Of a DNA stretch of 32,000 nt, positions 1 through 8,786 are shown piece by piece (the first letter of the stretch is position 1; each line of letters begins with the position of its first letter). Source of the stretch: Phycisphaerae bacterium (GTDB taxonomy: Bacteria; Planctomycetota; Phycisphaerae; Sedimentisphaerales; Anaerobacaceae). The DNA lies in assembly GCA_016782865.1 (NCBI GenBank), contig JADHXR010000043.1, forward strand, positions 14,504 through 46,503. Direction: 5' to 3'. The notes beneath the pieces were generated by a model. It saw only the letters and a program-made list of their open reading frames with translations. It did not search any database and was not told the DNA's origin. A program made the translations under genes and the position numbers.

Positions 1-581
1 TGGGCCTTGAAGATTGCTCACAGCTTGAGAAGGCACTGGAACAGCTTGAAACATTTAACTGGTTGATATTCACAAGCGCCAACGGAGCGAAGTATTTCTT
101 CGACCGGCTGAAATGCAAAGGCCTCGATGCCAGAGCGATTGCGTCAATGAAGGTCGCTGCGATTGGCAAGACCACTGCCAAAAGACTTACCGCCTTCGGC
201 ATTGTCGCCGACCTGGTGCCGGAGAGAGAATCGAGCGCGGGCCTGCTCGAAGAATTCGGCGCGCTTGACATGATGAACAAGAAAGTGCTGTTGCCCCAGG
301 CAAGAGTTGCCTCTGAAGAGTTGCCCGAGGGCCTGGCTGGGCTCGGCGCGGTGGTTGAAGAGATCGCAGTATACGAAACCGTCGAGATTGAGCCGGCGGA
401 TGTCGACCTCGAACATATCGACAAGATCCTGTTCACGAGCGGCTCGACAGCGCGGGCCTTCGTAAAGAAGTTCGGCCAGGTGCCGGCACACATCAAAGCT
501 TACTGTCTTGGTGAGCCAACACAAGCGTCTGCGAAAAAGCATGGCATTGAGGCCGAAATTGTGCCGCGCAAGGACGACTGA
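1..581 (+). CDS. hemD: Uroporphyrinogen-III synthase (HemD domain), 5' end off-window
   Basis: Frame 3 is open from the window edge (GLEDCSQLEKALEQLETFNWLIFTS...), so the tracked TTG at 63 is not the true start. Two HemD-type half-domain signatures are present (LIFTSANGAKYF, KILFTSGSTARAF). It may be the C-terminal half of a CobA/HemD fusion, which cannot be seen from here. Confidence 0.8.
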   Translation, partial: GLEDCSQLEKALEQLETFNWLIFTSANGAKYFFDRLKCKGLDARAIASMKVAAIGKTTAKRLTAFGIVADLVPERESSAGLLEEFGALDMMNKKVLLPQARVASEELPEGLAGLGAVVEEIAVYETVEIEPADVDLEHIDKILFTSGSTARAFVKKFGQVPAHIKAYCLGEPTQASAKKHGIEAEIVPRKDD

Positions 582-630
582 GAAGGGCGTAATGGTGGGG
601 CAAGCCCCACTCTGCTGTGAGGAAAATCAG

Positions 631-1911
631 ATGGCCACATATCGAAAATGTAAGAAGCTGTTTCAGGATGCAACCAAGGTAATACCCGGCGGAGTCAACA
701 GTCCGGTCCGTGCGTTCAAAGCCGTAAACTCGGAGCCAATATTCATCGATAGAGCGAAAGGCGCATACCTGTATGATGCTGACGGCAACAAATACATCGA
801 CTACTGCCTTTCGTGGGGGCCGATGATTCTGGGCCACGCGCGTACTGAGGTCCTCACTCAGGTCAAAAAGGTCATGGCCAAAGGAACAAGCTTCGGCATA
901 CCCACCGAGCTTGAAACACAGCTCGCCGGGATGATTGTCCGGGCGATCGGTTCGGTCGAGAAGGTCCGCCTGGTCAGCTCCGGCACCGAAGCGGTGATGA
1001 CGGCCATTCGCCTGGCGCGCGGATGTACCGGCCGGGACAAGATCATAAAGTTCATCGGCTGCTACCACGGCCACGTCGATTCACTCCTCGTACAGGCAGG
1101 CTCCGGAGCGATGACTCTGGGCTCGCCGAGCAGTCCGGGCGTCCCGAAAGACTTCACGAAACACACCATCCTCCTGCCCTACAACAACACGGAGATGCTC
1201 GCCAGGGCGATGAACAAGTATCAAGACCGGATAGCTGCGGTCATAGTCGAGCCGATTGCCGGGAACATGGGAGTCGTGCCGCCCAGAGAAGGTTTCTTGA
1301 AGACCATAAGGAAATTATGCACCGGCAGCGGCAGCGTACTGATCTTTGACGAAGTGATTACGGGCTTTCGAGTCAAGTACGGAAGCGTCCAGGACATCTT
1401 CGGCGTAAAAGCAGACCTGACGTGCCTGGGCAAGATAATCGGGGGCGGATTTCCAATAGGAGCCTGTGGTGGAAGAGCCAAACTGATGAACAAGTTAGCC
1501 CCAACCGGTCAGGTCTATCAGGCCGGAACCCTTTCAGGAAACCCCGTCTGCGTCGCCGCGGGCATCGCTACACTGAAATTGCTCAAATCGAAAGCCATAT
1601 ACTCCGGCCTCGATCGTGCGACCGGCAAGCTCTGTGACGGCATCGGCCAAGCCTTAACAGAGCGGGGCACCGAGCATACCATAAACCGTATTGGCTCGAT
1701 GTTCACCCTGTTCTTCAATGCGGGTCCTGTGACCGACTATGTCTCAGCGGCCAGATCGGACACCAAGATGTACGCAAAGTTCCATCCCGCGATGCTGAGA
1801 GAGGGTGTTTACCTGCCGCCATCTCAATTTGAAGCTTGCTTCCTCTCGGCCAGGCACACGCAGAAAGACATTGACAGAACGATCATCGCCGCCCGAAGAG
1901 CCAAATTGTAG
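631..1911 (+). CDS. hemL: Glutamate-1-semialdehyde 2,1-aminomutase
   Basis: N-terminal VIPGGVNSPVRAFKAV, PLP-lysine region DLTCLGKIIGGGFP, and full-length class-III aminotransferase architecture. I moved the start to ATG 631 (MATYRK...) because 508-630 overlaps hemD and looks non-homologous. Confidence 0.95.
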   Translation: MATYRKCKKLFQDATKVIPGGVNSPVRAFKAVNSEPIFIDRAKGAYLYDADGNKYIDYCLSWGPMILGHARTEVLTQVKKVMAKGTSFGIPTELETQLAGMIVRAIGSVEKVRLVSSGTEAVMTAIRLARGCTGRDKIIKFIGCYHGHVDSLLVQAGSGAMTLGSPSSPGVPKDFTKHTILLPYNNTEMLARAMNKYQDRIAAVIVEPIAGNMGVVPPREGFLKTIRKLCTGSGSVLIFDEVITGFRVKYGSVQDIFGVKADLTCLGKIIGGGFPIGACGGRAKLMNKLAPTGQVYQAGTLSGNPVCVAAGIATLKLLKSKAIYSGLDRATGKLCDGIGQALTERGTEHTINRIGSMFTLFFNAGPVTDYVSAARSDTKMYAKFHPAMLREGVYLPPSQFEACFLSARHTQKDIDRTIIAARRAKL

Positions 1912-1976
1912 CGCTCTTGGCTCGCCCACAGGCGGTCAGTCAACATATGAGACTTTGCAAAGGGGGTCTTGATGCC

Positions 1977-2477
1977 CTACAGAATTGTCGCGTGCGAGGC
2001 GGCCGACGTTGAATTGTGTTTCTTCTCCGGGCCGGCAAGCGACATGGGCAGGCTCAAAAACCGATGCTCAGGGTGGCTCCAGGCGGCGGCGGCCACTGAG
2101 GTATCCTCAAGCTCTTTCTTGATTTGCCTTGTAGCATGCGTCCAGATAGAGAAAATGCGACAATTCTCCGGAGTGCCACCACATTCACAGTGTCTCAAGA
2201 AGCAATCGTCGAATAACGGCCCGCCTTTGACAGCCTCGAACAGCTCAAGCAGGGTGATCTGCTCCGGCGGCCGGGCAAAAACATATCCTCTTTTCCTGCC
2301 CCTGATCGCCTTGACAAAGCGTGCCTTGGCAAGCTGCTGAAATATCTTGGCAAGATAGTCGGACGGTATCCCCTCGGCCTTGGCGACCGTGACCGCTGTG
2401 ACTGGCAACTGTGTGCTGTGTCTTACCATATACATTAATGCATGCAACGCATAACCGGCAGACTTTGTAACTTTCAT
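1977..2477 (-). CDS. Rrf2-family transcriptional regulator, probable Fe-S binding
   Basis: Rrf2 winged-HTH N-terminus (MKVTKSAGYALHALMYM...IPSDYLAKIFQQLAKARFV) and a Cys cluster CX4CXCX6C (CFLRHCECGGTPENC). Start placed at ATG 2477. It is convergent with hemL. Confidence 0.85.
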   Translation of the reverse strand: MKVTKSAGYALHALMYMVRHSTQLPVTAVTVAKAEGIPSDYLAKIFQQLAKARFVKAIRGRKRGYVFARPPEQITLLELFEAVKGGPLFDDCFLRHCECGGTPENCRIFSIWTHATRQIKKELEDTSVAAAAWSHPEHRFLSLPMSLAGPEKKHNSTSAASHATIL

Positions 2478-2966
2478 ATTCTTCTGTCTCCAAAATCCCC
2501 GACCCAACTTGTCAGGTACGAACCGCGGGTTCTTCCCTGAACTGGCAACGCATCTGCACTACTGATCTGCTATACTTGGAATCCCACACGTATGTGGACG
2601 CATGCCAATATCACTGAAGAGATTTGTGTGCAACTGGCGTGCCGGAGTCGGATCAGAGGCTCGGAAATAACGGATATCCCGAATATCTGCTCCAAAACGG
2701 CGTTTTGAGAGGAAATGGGCAAGTAGAGTTTGCCACTATTGGGACTATGAGGCGCATATCCTTCCCATATGTGGCACTTAGAAGGCTCAAGGTTCTCATT
2801 GCCAGGAAAATGCGTGGGGTCTAATTTCTCGCCTTTGGCTATCGGCCCAGTGTACGGCAACTCGACCTCGAGTTCCTATGACCGACGCTGGAGCGATCAC
2901 TGCGTTTTCAGTTACCGAGGTTGTCGATCAAGGATCATCAATTCACCCGGGCGATCCGCCCTGAGG

Positions 2967-4349
2967 CTACTGGTTGTTTGCCTTCGAGCGTTTGGGCTTG
3001 CGAGAATCGATTTCGAGTTCGTCAATTTTGCGATACAGACTTGACAATCCGACGTTCAAGGCCTTGGCCGCGTCGACCTTATTCCAGTCGTGCTTGCTCA
3101 GCACCCGGCGGATGTACTCCTTCTCGTATGCTTTGGCGGCTGTTTGAAGAGTCTCGTCTTCTTTGCTCAATCCCATCGCGTGGGAGCCCAACAGCCCGAT
3201 GTCGGATATTTTTATCACGTCATCTTCGGCAAATATGCTCGCTCGCTCGATCACGTTCTCCAGCTCTCTGATGTTGCCTTTCCAATCATAACTCATGAAC
3301 AGCCGCATGACCGCATCACTGACCCCAACGCACGTTTTGCCCATCTCGGAATTGAATTGCTTAATGAAATGTTCGACCAGCAGGGGGATATCTTCCTTCC
3401 TCTCACACAGCTCAGGCAAATGGATGCCGACAACGTTCATCCTGTAATATAGATCTTCTCGAAACCGTCCGGCTTTGATCTCTTTCGGCAAATCCTTGTT
3501 TGTAGCCGCCATCAGGCGCAGATCGATGTCGATAGGTTGTGTCGAGCCGACCGGTATTATCTGCCTCTGCTCGACCGCCCGCAGGAGTTTGACCTGACAA
3601 CTCATGGGCATGTGGCCTATTTCGTCCAGGAACAGCGTGCCACCGCAGGCACTCTTGAAAAGTCCTTCCTTGTCCCGAATGGCGGAAGTGAAACTGCCCT
3701 TCTTATGCCCGAACAGTTCGCTCTCGAGCAGACCCTCGGGTATCGCACTACAGTTGACTGCCAAAAAATGCCTGCTGTATTGAGCCGCCAACGAGTGTAT
3801 GGCGCGAGCGACCAATTCTTTACCCGTGCCGCTCTTGCCTGTTATCAACACGTTGCTCTTGGTCGGGGCCACCTTGCGAATCATCTCAAAAACGTTTTGC
3901 ATCGCGGGAGACTTGCCTATGATCTGGCTGATGTCGAACCGCCGGGTCAGCTCCTGCTTGAGCTTCTTGTTTTCTTCCTGCAGGTCGAGATACTTCATGT
4001 TCTGGCGGATCTTCGTCAATACGTCATCCATCACGACAGGCTTCATCACATAATCGCAAGCACCGAGCTTTATCGCCTCGACGGCCATCTCCACCGTTCC
4101 GTAAGCCGTTACCATTATTACGCGCGTCTCAGGTCTTATGCGCATTATCTCGCGCAGGACTTTTATGCCGTCGGCTCCCGGCATTCGGATGTCCAGGACG
4201 ACAACGCCGAAGGGCTGTTTTGTGACGGCGTCCAACGCATCGGTTCCGTTACCTACCACTGTGACCGATATATCTTCTTCCCGAAGAACCTTTGCGAACG
4301 TTTCTCTGAAGGTTACTTCATCGTCTGCCAACAACACTTCTCTGTTCAT
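2967..4349 (-). CDS. Sigma-54-dependent response regulator (NtrC/FleR family)
   Basis: REC domain (VVVLDIRMPGADG). AAA+ sigma-54 activator domain with Walker A GKSGTGKE, the GAFTGA loop present as GSFTSA, Walker B LFLDEIG, and RFREDLYYR. C-terminal Fis-type HTH (AAKALNVGLSSLYRKI). Its ATG overlaps the kinase stop (ATGA at 4346-4349). Confidence 0.95.
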   Translation of the reverse strand: MNREVLLADDEVTFRETFAKVLREEDISVTVVGNGTDALDAVTKQPFGVVVLDIRMPGADGIKVLREIMRIRPETRVIMVTAYGTVEMAVEAIKLGACDYVMKPVVMDDVLTKIRQNMKYLDLQEENKKLKQELTRRFDISQIIGKSPAMQNVFEMIRKVAPTKSNVLITGKSGTGKELVARAIHSLAAQYSRHFLAVNCSAIPEGLLESELFGHKKGSFTSAIRDKEGLFKSACGGTLFLDEIGHMPMSCQVKLLRAVEQRQIIPVGSTQPIDIDLRLMAATNKDLPKEIKAGRFREDLYYRMNVVGIHLPELCERKEDIPLLVEHFIKQFNSEMGKTCVGVSDAVMRLFMSYDWKGNIRELENVIERASIFAEDDVIKISDIGLLGSHAMGLSKEDETLQTAAKAYEKEYIRRVLSKHDWNKVDAAKALNVGLSSLYRKIDELEIDSRKPKRSKANNQ

Positions 4350-6145
4350 TCGTCATCTCCTGCAATCAGGTTCTTCCTGGGCCTGAGGGGAATTCGGATT
4401 ATTACCGTAGTGCCTCTGCCAAGTTCCGACTCCAGTTCGATCGTACCGTCGGCCTCCCTGACAAGATTGTAGCTTATGAAGAGTCCCAGGCCCGTTCCCT
4501 TTCCAATCTCCTTGGTCGTGAAGAATGACTCGAAGGCGCGTTTGCAGACCTCGGACTTCATCCCGATCCCCGTATCACTGATTCGAATCTCGACCACATC
4601 GTTCCTGCATTTCGTTGTTATCTTGAGATTGTGCTTTTGTTCCTGGTCCTTGGCGTTCATCGCATCCAGAGCGTTAATAAAGATGTTGAGAAAAACCTGC
4701 TCGAGGTGCTGCGGGTTCAGCCACATCATAGGCAAGTCGGTCCCGGCGCGGTTCTCGACGGTGACCGACTGTGCACGTCTGTCAAAGTTAATGAGCGACA
4801 GGGTGTTGTCTATCAATGAGTTGACGTCCGTCCATTTATACTCGCTCGTAGCCGGCCTAGACAAACCCAGCATTCGCTTGAGGATGGTCGAAATGCGGTC
4901 AACGTGGTATTGTATGATCAACAACTGTTCCTTCTGATCAGAGGCCGTGATTTTCCGGGCCAGGTACTGCGCAACCGACGAAATGCTTGCCAGAGGATTA
5001 CCTATCTCATGCGCGATGCCCGTCGCCATTTGACCGATCGCAACCATCTTCTCCCGCTGGGCCATCTCCACTCGTGACATCTTCAGCATCTCGTTGATTT
5101 CAGTCACTTCTTCGGTTCGCTCGAGCAGATCTTTCGCCAGCTTCCTGTGCTCGGTTAAGTCCTGGCCCACAATCACACATCCCAACCTTTGTCCGTCAAT
5201 GCCCACCACGGGGCCGCTCTTGACCTCAATATGACGCCGATCCGGAGCATCGGTGTTGAATTCAATTCTCTCAGTCCAGCTCGCTGCCCTGTCTGCATCG
5301 CTCAAAAGAACCTTCATGTGCCCTGCCAAAGGGGACAGAAAATCGTCGATCGAAGTGTCCTTCAGACTGGTATTACCGTTCCTTTTCCACAGCGTCGCAG
5401 CGGGGTTGCAGATCGCCACCCTGGCGTCGGAGTTGATAAATATCAGTCCTTCCGCCATCGCGCTGATGACGGCCTGAAGCACGTCGTTGTTTCGCGCCGC
5501 TTCCAACTCCTTAGCCGTCATCCGGGCGATGACCACCCTGGTCAAATGTTGGACCAGCACCACAGTGCAGACGAACGCCGTAAAAGCACCAAGCACGTAT
5601 ACCCGATTCCTCCACAATCCGCCGACTGCAGAAAACTTCAGCGGATAGTACCCCAACCAGGTGCCGCCGTTGAGCTCACTGGCGGCGAGCAGACCAAACA
5701 ACAGTATGGCGGTCAGCCCCGCGGCGTGGGACATGCTCTTTGGAAGAATAATTGTCGCTATGATTATGGGAATGACATAGAGCAGAAAGAATGGATTGGC
5801 TGCTCCACCAGAGAAGTGCAGCACTGCTGTGAGCAGGACAAGATCCGTCTCAACCTGAATCATCGCAAGTGCAATGTCTCTGCGGCTGGACCGGCTAACC
5901 TGCCTTGTGGCGGCAACGAGGTACAGGATGTTCGAGAGCAAGAGCAACGCGGCACAGACATAGATCGGTGTGGCATCCGTGAGCACGGGAAAGACGTAAG
6001 TTCCCATCAGACAGGCAACTATGATGCTCCCGACGGCAATCCACCGCAGCCGTATAAGCCAGAGTATCTGCTCCGCGAGAGCCTCGCGAGTACACCGGCT
6101 CGGCTTGTCCATTAGATCACTTGCAGTATCTGACTTAATACCCAT
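4346..6145 (-). CDS. Membrane sensor histidine kinase (multi-TM N-terminus, PAS, HisKA, HATPase_c)
   Basis: About six hydrophobic helices in the first ~200 aa, then a PAS-like segment. H-box GIAHEIGNPLASI, N-box FLNIFINALDAM, G1 DTGIGM, G2 GKGTGLGL. Translationally coupled to the downstream regulator. Confidence 0.9.
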   Translation of the reverse strand: MGIKSDTASDLMDKPSRCTREALAEQILWLIRLRWIAVGSIIVACLMGTYVFPVLTDATPIYVCAALLLLSNILYLVAATRQVSRSSRRDIALAMIQVETDLVLLTAVLHFSGGAANPFFLLYVIPIIIATIILPKSMSHAAGLTAILLFGLLAASELNGGTWLGYYPLKFSAVGGLWRNRVYVLGAFTAFVCTVVLVQHLTRVVIARMTAKELEAARNNDVLQAVISAMAEGLIFINSDARVAICNPAATLWKRNGNTSLKDTSIDDFLSPLAGHMKVLLSDADRAASWTERIEFNTDAPDRRHIEVKSGPVVGIDGQRLGCVIVGQDLTEHRKLAKDLLERTEEVTEINEMLKMSRVEMAQREKMVAIGQMATGIAHEIGNPLASISSVAQYLARKITASDQKEQLLIIQYHVDRISTILKRMLGLSRPATSEYKWTDVNSLIDNTLSLINFDRRAQSVTVENRAGTDLPMMWLNPQHLEQVFLNIFINALDAMNAKDQEQKHNLKITTKCRNDVVEIRISDTGIGMKSEVCKRAFESFFTTKEIGKGTGLGLFISYNLVREADGTIELESELGRGTTVIIRIPLRPRKNLIAGDDE

Positions 6146-6238
6146 GAACCTTTCTTGCCCTTGACTGCACGATGCCCCGCGCTCCGTAGATCTTCAAGGT
6201 TTGTGATTTACAAACGATCCTTGCCTGAGACGACAGAG

Positions 6239-6267
6239 ATTGTACCTCAATTCCAGCAGGAAGGCAA
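6239..6267 (-). promoter_or_regulatory. Candidate sigma-70 promoter for the kinase/regulator operon
   Basis: The minus strand reads TTGCCT-N17-TACAAT (-35 at 6267-6262, -10 at 6244-6239), about 95 nt upstream of ATG 6145. This is a motif match only. Confidence 0.35.
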
Positions 6268-6395
6268 GAGAAAATTCTCACTTTTGAGACGTCTTTTGGT
6301 GCACGTCGCTCAGAATTGGTCCCTGAATCTCCAAAATCCAAGAAATTCCCCATCCTGTTCGGCACAGGGATTGCATTGTGCTTTAAGGCGTCAGA

Positions 6396-7643
6396 TCATT
6401 CCGGCATTTGGAAGACTTCTCCGCAGCGCTCCAGTTCCGCCTTCTTTTCCTCGTCCAGGCCTATTTCACTGTCAGTCAAATAGCATCCCGGATCCGGAGC
6501 CCAGGAGTCGCCAAAATGCAGGTCCGCGCGGACCCGCAAAGCTCCGCCACAGCCGTCAAAGAACCTGCAAAGTCTGCATCTTCCCTTGACATAATTGCGG
6601 CGGTCCTTCAAGCCACGCATGAGCGGATCACCTGTATCGATCCAAATCTCGCCGAAAGGTCTCTTGCGGATGTCGCCGAGGTCGTAATGCCACCAGAACT
6701 GATCGGCATGCACCTTCCCATGAAAATCTATGCAACCGATTCCCACTCCGCTGCTGTACATGCCCCCGCCGTTCCAGCTCAGCAGCTTCCAGACCTCCTC
6801 TGCACGTGCCGGATCCTCCTGCTTCAATTTCAGATACAAGTATATGCCGTCAACATGGTTGTCGACCGTCAGTATGTCGGTAGTCTTGCCCGCTTGCTTG
6901 TACTGTCTCGTCTTGGCCAAGATCATATCGACGGCCTCCCTGCTCTGAGCGTGAGTAAGGTCTTCGGCGGCCATCTTCCCGCCTCTGCCGCTCGGGACGA
7001 AATGATAGAAGCAGGCCCGCTCGATGTTCTCGCTCTCGAAAAAACCGAACAGACTCTCCAGATCCTGGACGTTCTTCCTGGTCAAAGTCAATCGCAGGCC
7101 AATCCGTACGCCGGCGTCCTGACAATTCTTTATTCCCTCTACGGCCTTGTCGAATGCCCCGGATACGCCCCTGAATCTGTCGTTGATCTCGCCGATGCCG
7201 TCAAGGCTTATGCCGACGTATGAAACGCCGTTGTTCTTGATCTTCTTCGCCATCTCGGCCGTGATCAGAGTGCCGTTCGTTGAGATAACGGTGCGCAGGC
7301 CCCGCTGCCCCGCGTATCCGATCAATTCAAACAGGTCAGGCCGTATCAGAGGCTCGCCGCCGGAGAACAGGACCGATGGAACCCCAAACTCCGCCAGACT
7401 ATCCAACACGTTTTTCGCCTCGTCCGTCGAGACCTCATCGCCAGAGCAGGTACCGCTGTCGTTGTAACAGTGCACACATTTGAGATTGCACGCACTGGTT
7501 ATGTTCCACACAACGATGGGGCGTCTCTCGGACGCCTTCTTGGGTACGACTTCACCTTCGCGCTCGCCGGAACCGGTCTTGCCGTAGCGAAGCCAATCGC
7601 CCGGGGTAACTTGATCACAATACAGTTTGCTTATATTGATCAT
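6396..7643 (-). CDS. ahbC: NirJ-like radical SAM enzyme, probable AhbC (Fe-coproporphyrin III synthase, NirJ2 type)
   Basis: CX3CX2C motif in WNITSACNLKCVHCYN. NirJ2-like N-terminus (ISKLYC...LRYGK). C-terminal Cys-rich region (RCRLCRFFDGCGG...DPGCY). Last gene of the ahb/hemA operon. The C-versus-D assignment rests on remembered N-terminal family signatures and is tentative. Confidence 0.7.
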   Translation of the reverse strand: MINISKLYCDQVTPGDWLRYGKTGSGEREGEVVPKKASERRPIVVWNITSACNLKCVHCYNDSGTCSGDEVSTDEAKNVLDSLAEFGVPSVLFSGGEPLIRPDLFELIGYAGQRGLRTVISTNGTLITAEMAKKIKNNGVSYVGISLDGIGEINDRFRGVSGAFDKAVEGIKNCQDAGVRIGLRLTLTRKNVQDLESLFGFFESENIERACFYHFVPSGRGGKMAAEDLTHAQSREAVDMILAKTRQYKQAGKTTDILTVDNHVDGIYLYLKLKQEDPARAEEVWKLLSWNGGGMYSSGVGIGCIDFHGKVHADQFWWHYDLGDIRKRPFGEIWIDTGDPLMRGLKDRRNYVKGRCRLCRFFDGCGGALRVRADLHFGDSWAPDPGCYLTDSEIGLDEEKKAELERCGEVFQMPE

Positions 7644-7679
7644 GGACTAACCTCTAAAATCAAAAAAACGTCACAAGAC

Positions 7680-8786
7680 TCAGCGAGCTGCTTCAGGCGG
7701 CACATACGCACAGAAGGGTTCCTCGGCCATGTAATTGCCCTCTGCGGCATACGCTCTGCCCCTGCATCCACCACATATCTGCCTGTAGCCGCATGCGCCG
7801 CACTTGCCTTCGAGTTCGCTGCCTTCGCGCATCCGCGCGAGGTCTTTGCTGTTGTACCATATATCCGAGAGCTTATCGGCAAGCACGTTGCCGCAGTTCA
7901 CAGGCAGATACCCGCACGGGAATACGTCTCCCTGATGTCCGACAAACAGCACTCCGAGGCCGGCAAGGCAGCCTCTCGATGTTCCTTGGTGCCCGCCGCC
8001 GGGAACCGAGCCACCGGGGTGACCGGCTTTTGCACGAGCCTTGTACAAACCCTGCTGCCTGATCACCCGTTCGTAATGCGGGCCGCAGGTTACCTTCACT
8101 TGCAGTTCGCCTCTACCGTCCAGTTTGCAGATATCGACCATTTTCTGCTCGTACTGCTCGGGTGAAAGCATATCGGTGTCCGCCAGGGATTGGCCGCAAC
8201 CGACGGGCACAAGCATAAATATGTGCACCGCGACCGCACCGAGGGATTTGGCAAGTTCGTAAACATCTTCCAACTGGTGGGCATTATGTTTGGTCATGGT
8301 AATGTTTATCTGAAAAGGCACATTCTTGTTGCGGAGATGCCCTATGCCTTCGATGGCACTTTCAAACGAACCTTCGAGCTTCCGCAGCCTGTTATGGACC
8401 TCAGCGGTCGCTCCATCTAAGCTAATCGAAACCCTTGCGACCCGGCTCTCACTTATCCGCCCGGCGACGGTTTCATCTATCAGCGTTCCATTGGTTGCCA
8501 GCGCGGGGGTAATCCCCGACGATCGGGCTGCGCCGATCAGCTCAAACAAGTCCTCGCGGCAGAGCGGCTCACCACCCGAGAACACCAATACCGGCATCAT
8601 GGGCTGTCCTCTTCCCAGTTCAGCCAACTGCTCGATCAGAGCTTTGGCCTGCGCCGTGGACATATCCCTGTAAGCCTGCTCATCGGATTCTATCCGTCGA
8701 CAATGCGCGCAGCTCAAATTGCACCTTATCGTGCTCTCCCAGAACAAGAGCCTCAGAATCTGTTTTGAACGCATTGGGTCTTTCAC
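7680..8786 (-). CDS. ahbD: NirJ-like radical SAM/SPASM enzyme, probable AhbD (heme synthase, NirJ1 type)
   Basis: CX3CX2C in WESTIRCNLSCAHCRR. SPASM-like C-terminus (CGACGYRQICGGCRGRAY...FCAY). The GTG start overlaps the hemA TGA stop (GTGA at 8783-8786). Alternative ATG at 8774. Confidence 0.7.
   Translation of the reverse strand: MKDPMRSKQILRLLFWESTIRCNLSCAHCRRIESDEQAYRDMSTAQAKALIEQLAELGRGQPMMPVLVFSGGEPLCREDLFELIGAARSSGITPALATNGTLIDETVAGRISESRVARVSISLDGATAEVHNRLRKLEGSFESAIEGIGHLRNKNVPFQINITMTKHNAHQLEDVYELAKSLGAVAVHIFMLVPVGCGQSLADTDMLSPEQYEQKMVDICKLDGRGELQVKVTCGPHYERVIRQQGLYKARAKAGHPGGSVPGGGHQGTSRGCLAGLGVLFVGHQGDVFPCGYLPVNCGNVLADKLSDIWYNSKDLARMREGSELEGKCGACGYRQICGGCRGRAYAAEGNYMAEEPFCAYVPPEAAR

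Noticed and set aside
508-630. N-terminal extension of hemL in the ORF track
   Set aside because: It overlaps the hemD 3' end and lacks homology. The conserved HemL N-terminus begins right after ATG 631.
2771-2786. TGGCAC-TTAGA-AGGCT on the plus strand
   Set aside because: The GG-N10-GC spacing is kept, but the -12 region is poor and no + strand gene follows.
2570-2860. 96-aa minus-strand ORF in the long intergenic gap
   Set aside because: It has no motif, no RBS-like sequence that I could see and odd composition. It is kept only as part of the unexplained-gap finding.
6360-6375. Sigma-54-like element CGGCAC-AGGGA-TTGCA on the plus strand
   Set aside because: The match and spacing are good, but it points into the 3' end of the convergent ahbC gene with no + strand gene downstream. 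It could only drive an antisense RNA, and there is no support for that.
3537-8165. Plus-strand ORFs of 231-311 aa (3537-4472, 5189-6115, 6408-7223, 7470-8165) opposite the regulator, kinase and radical SAM genes
   Set aside because: All are antisense to genes with unambiguous catalytic motifs, and none has a recognisable motif of its own.
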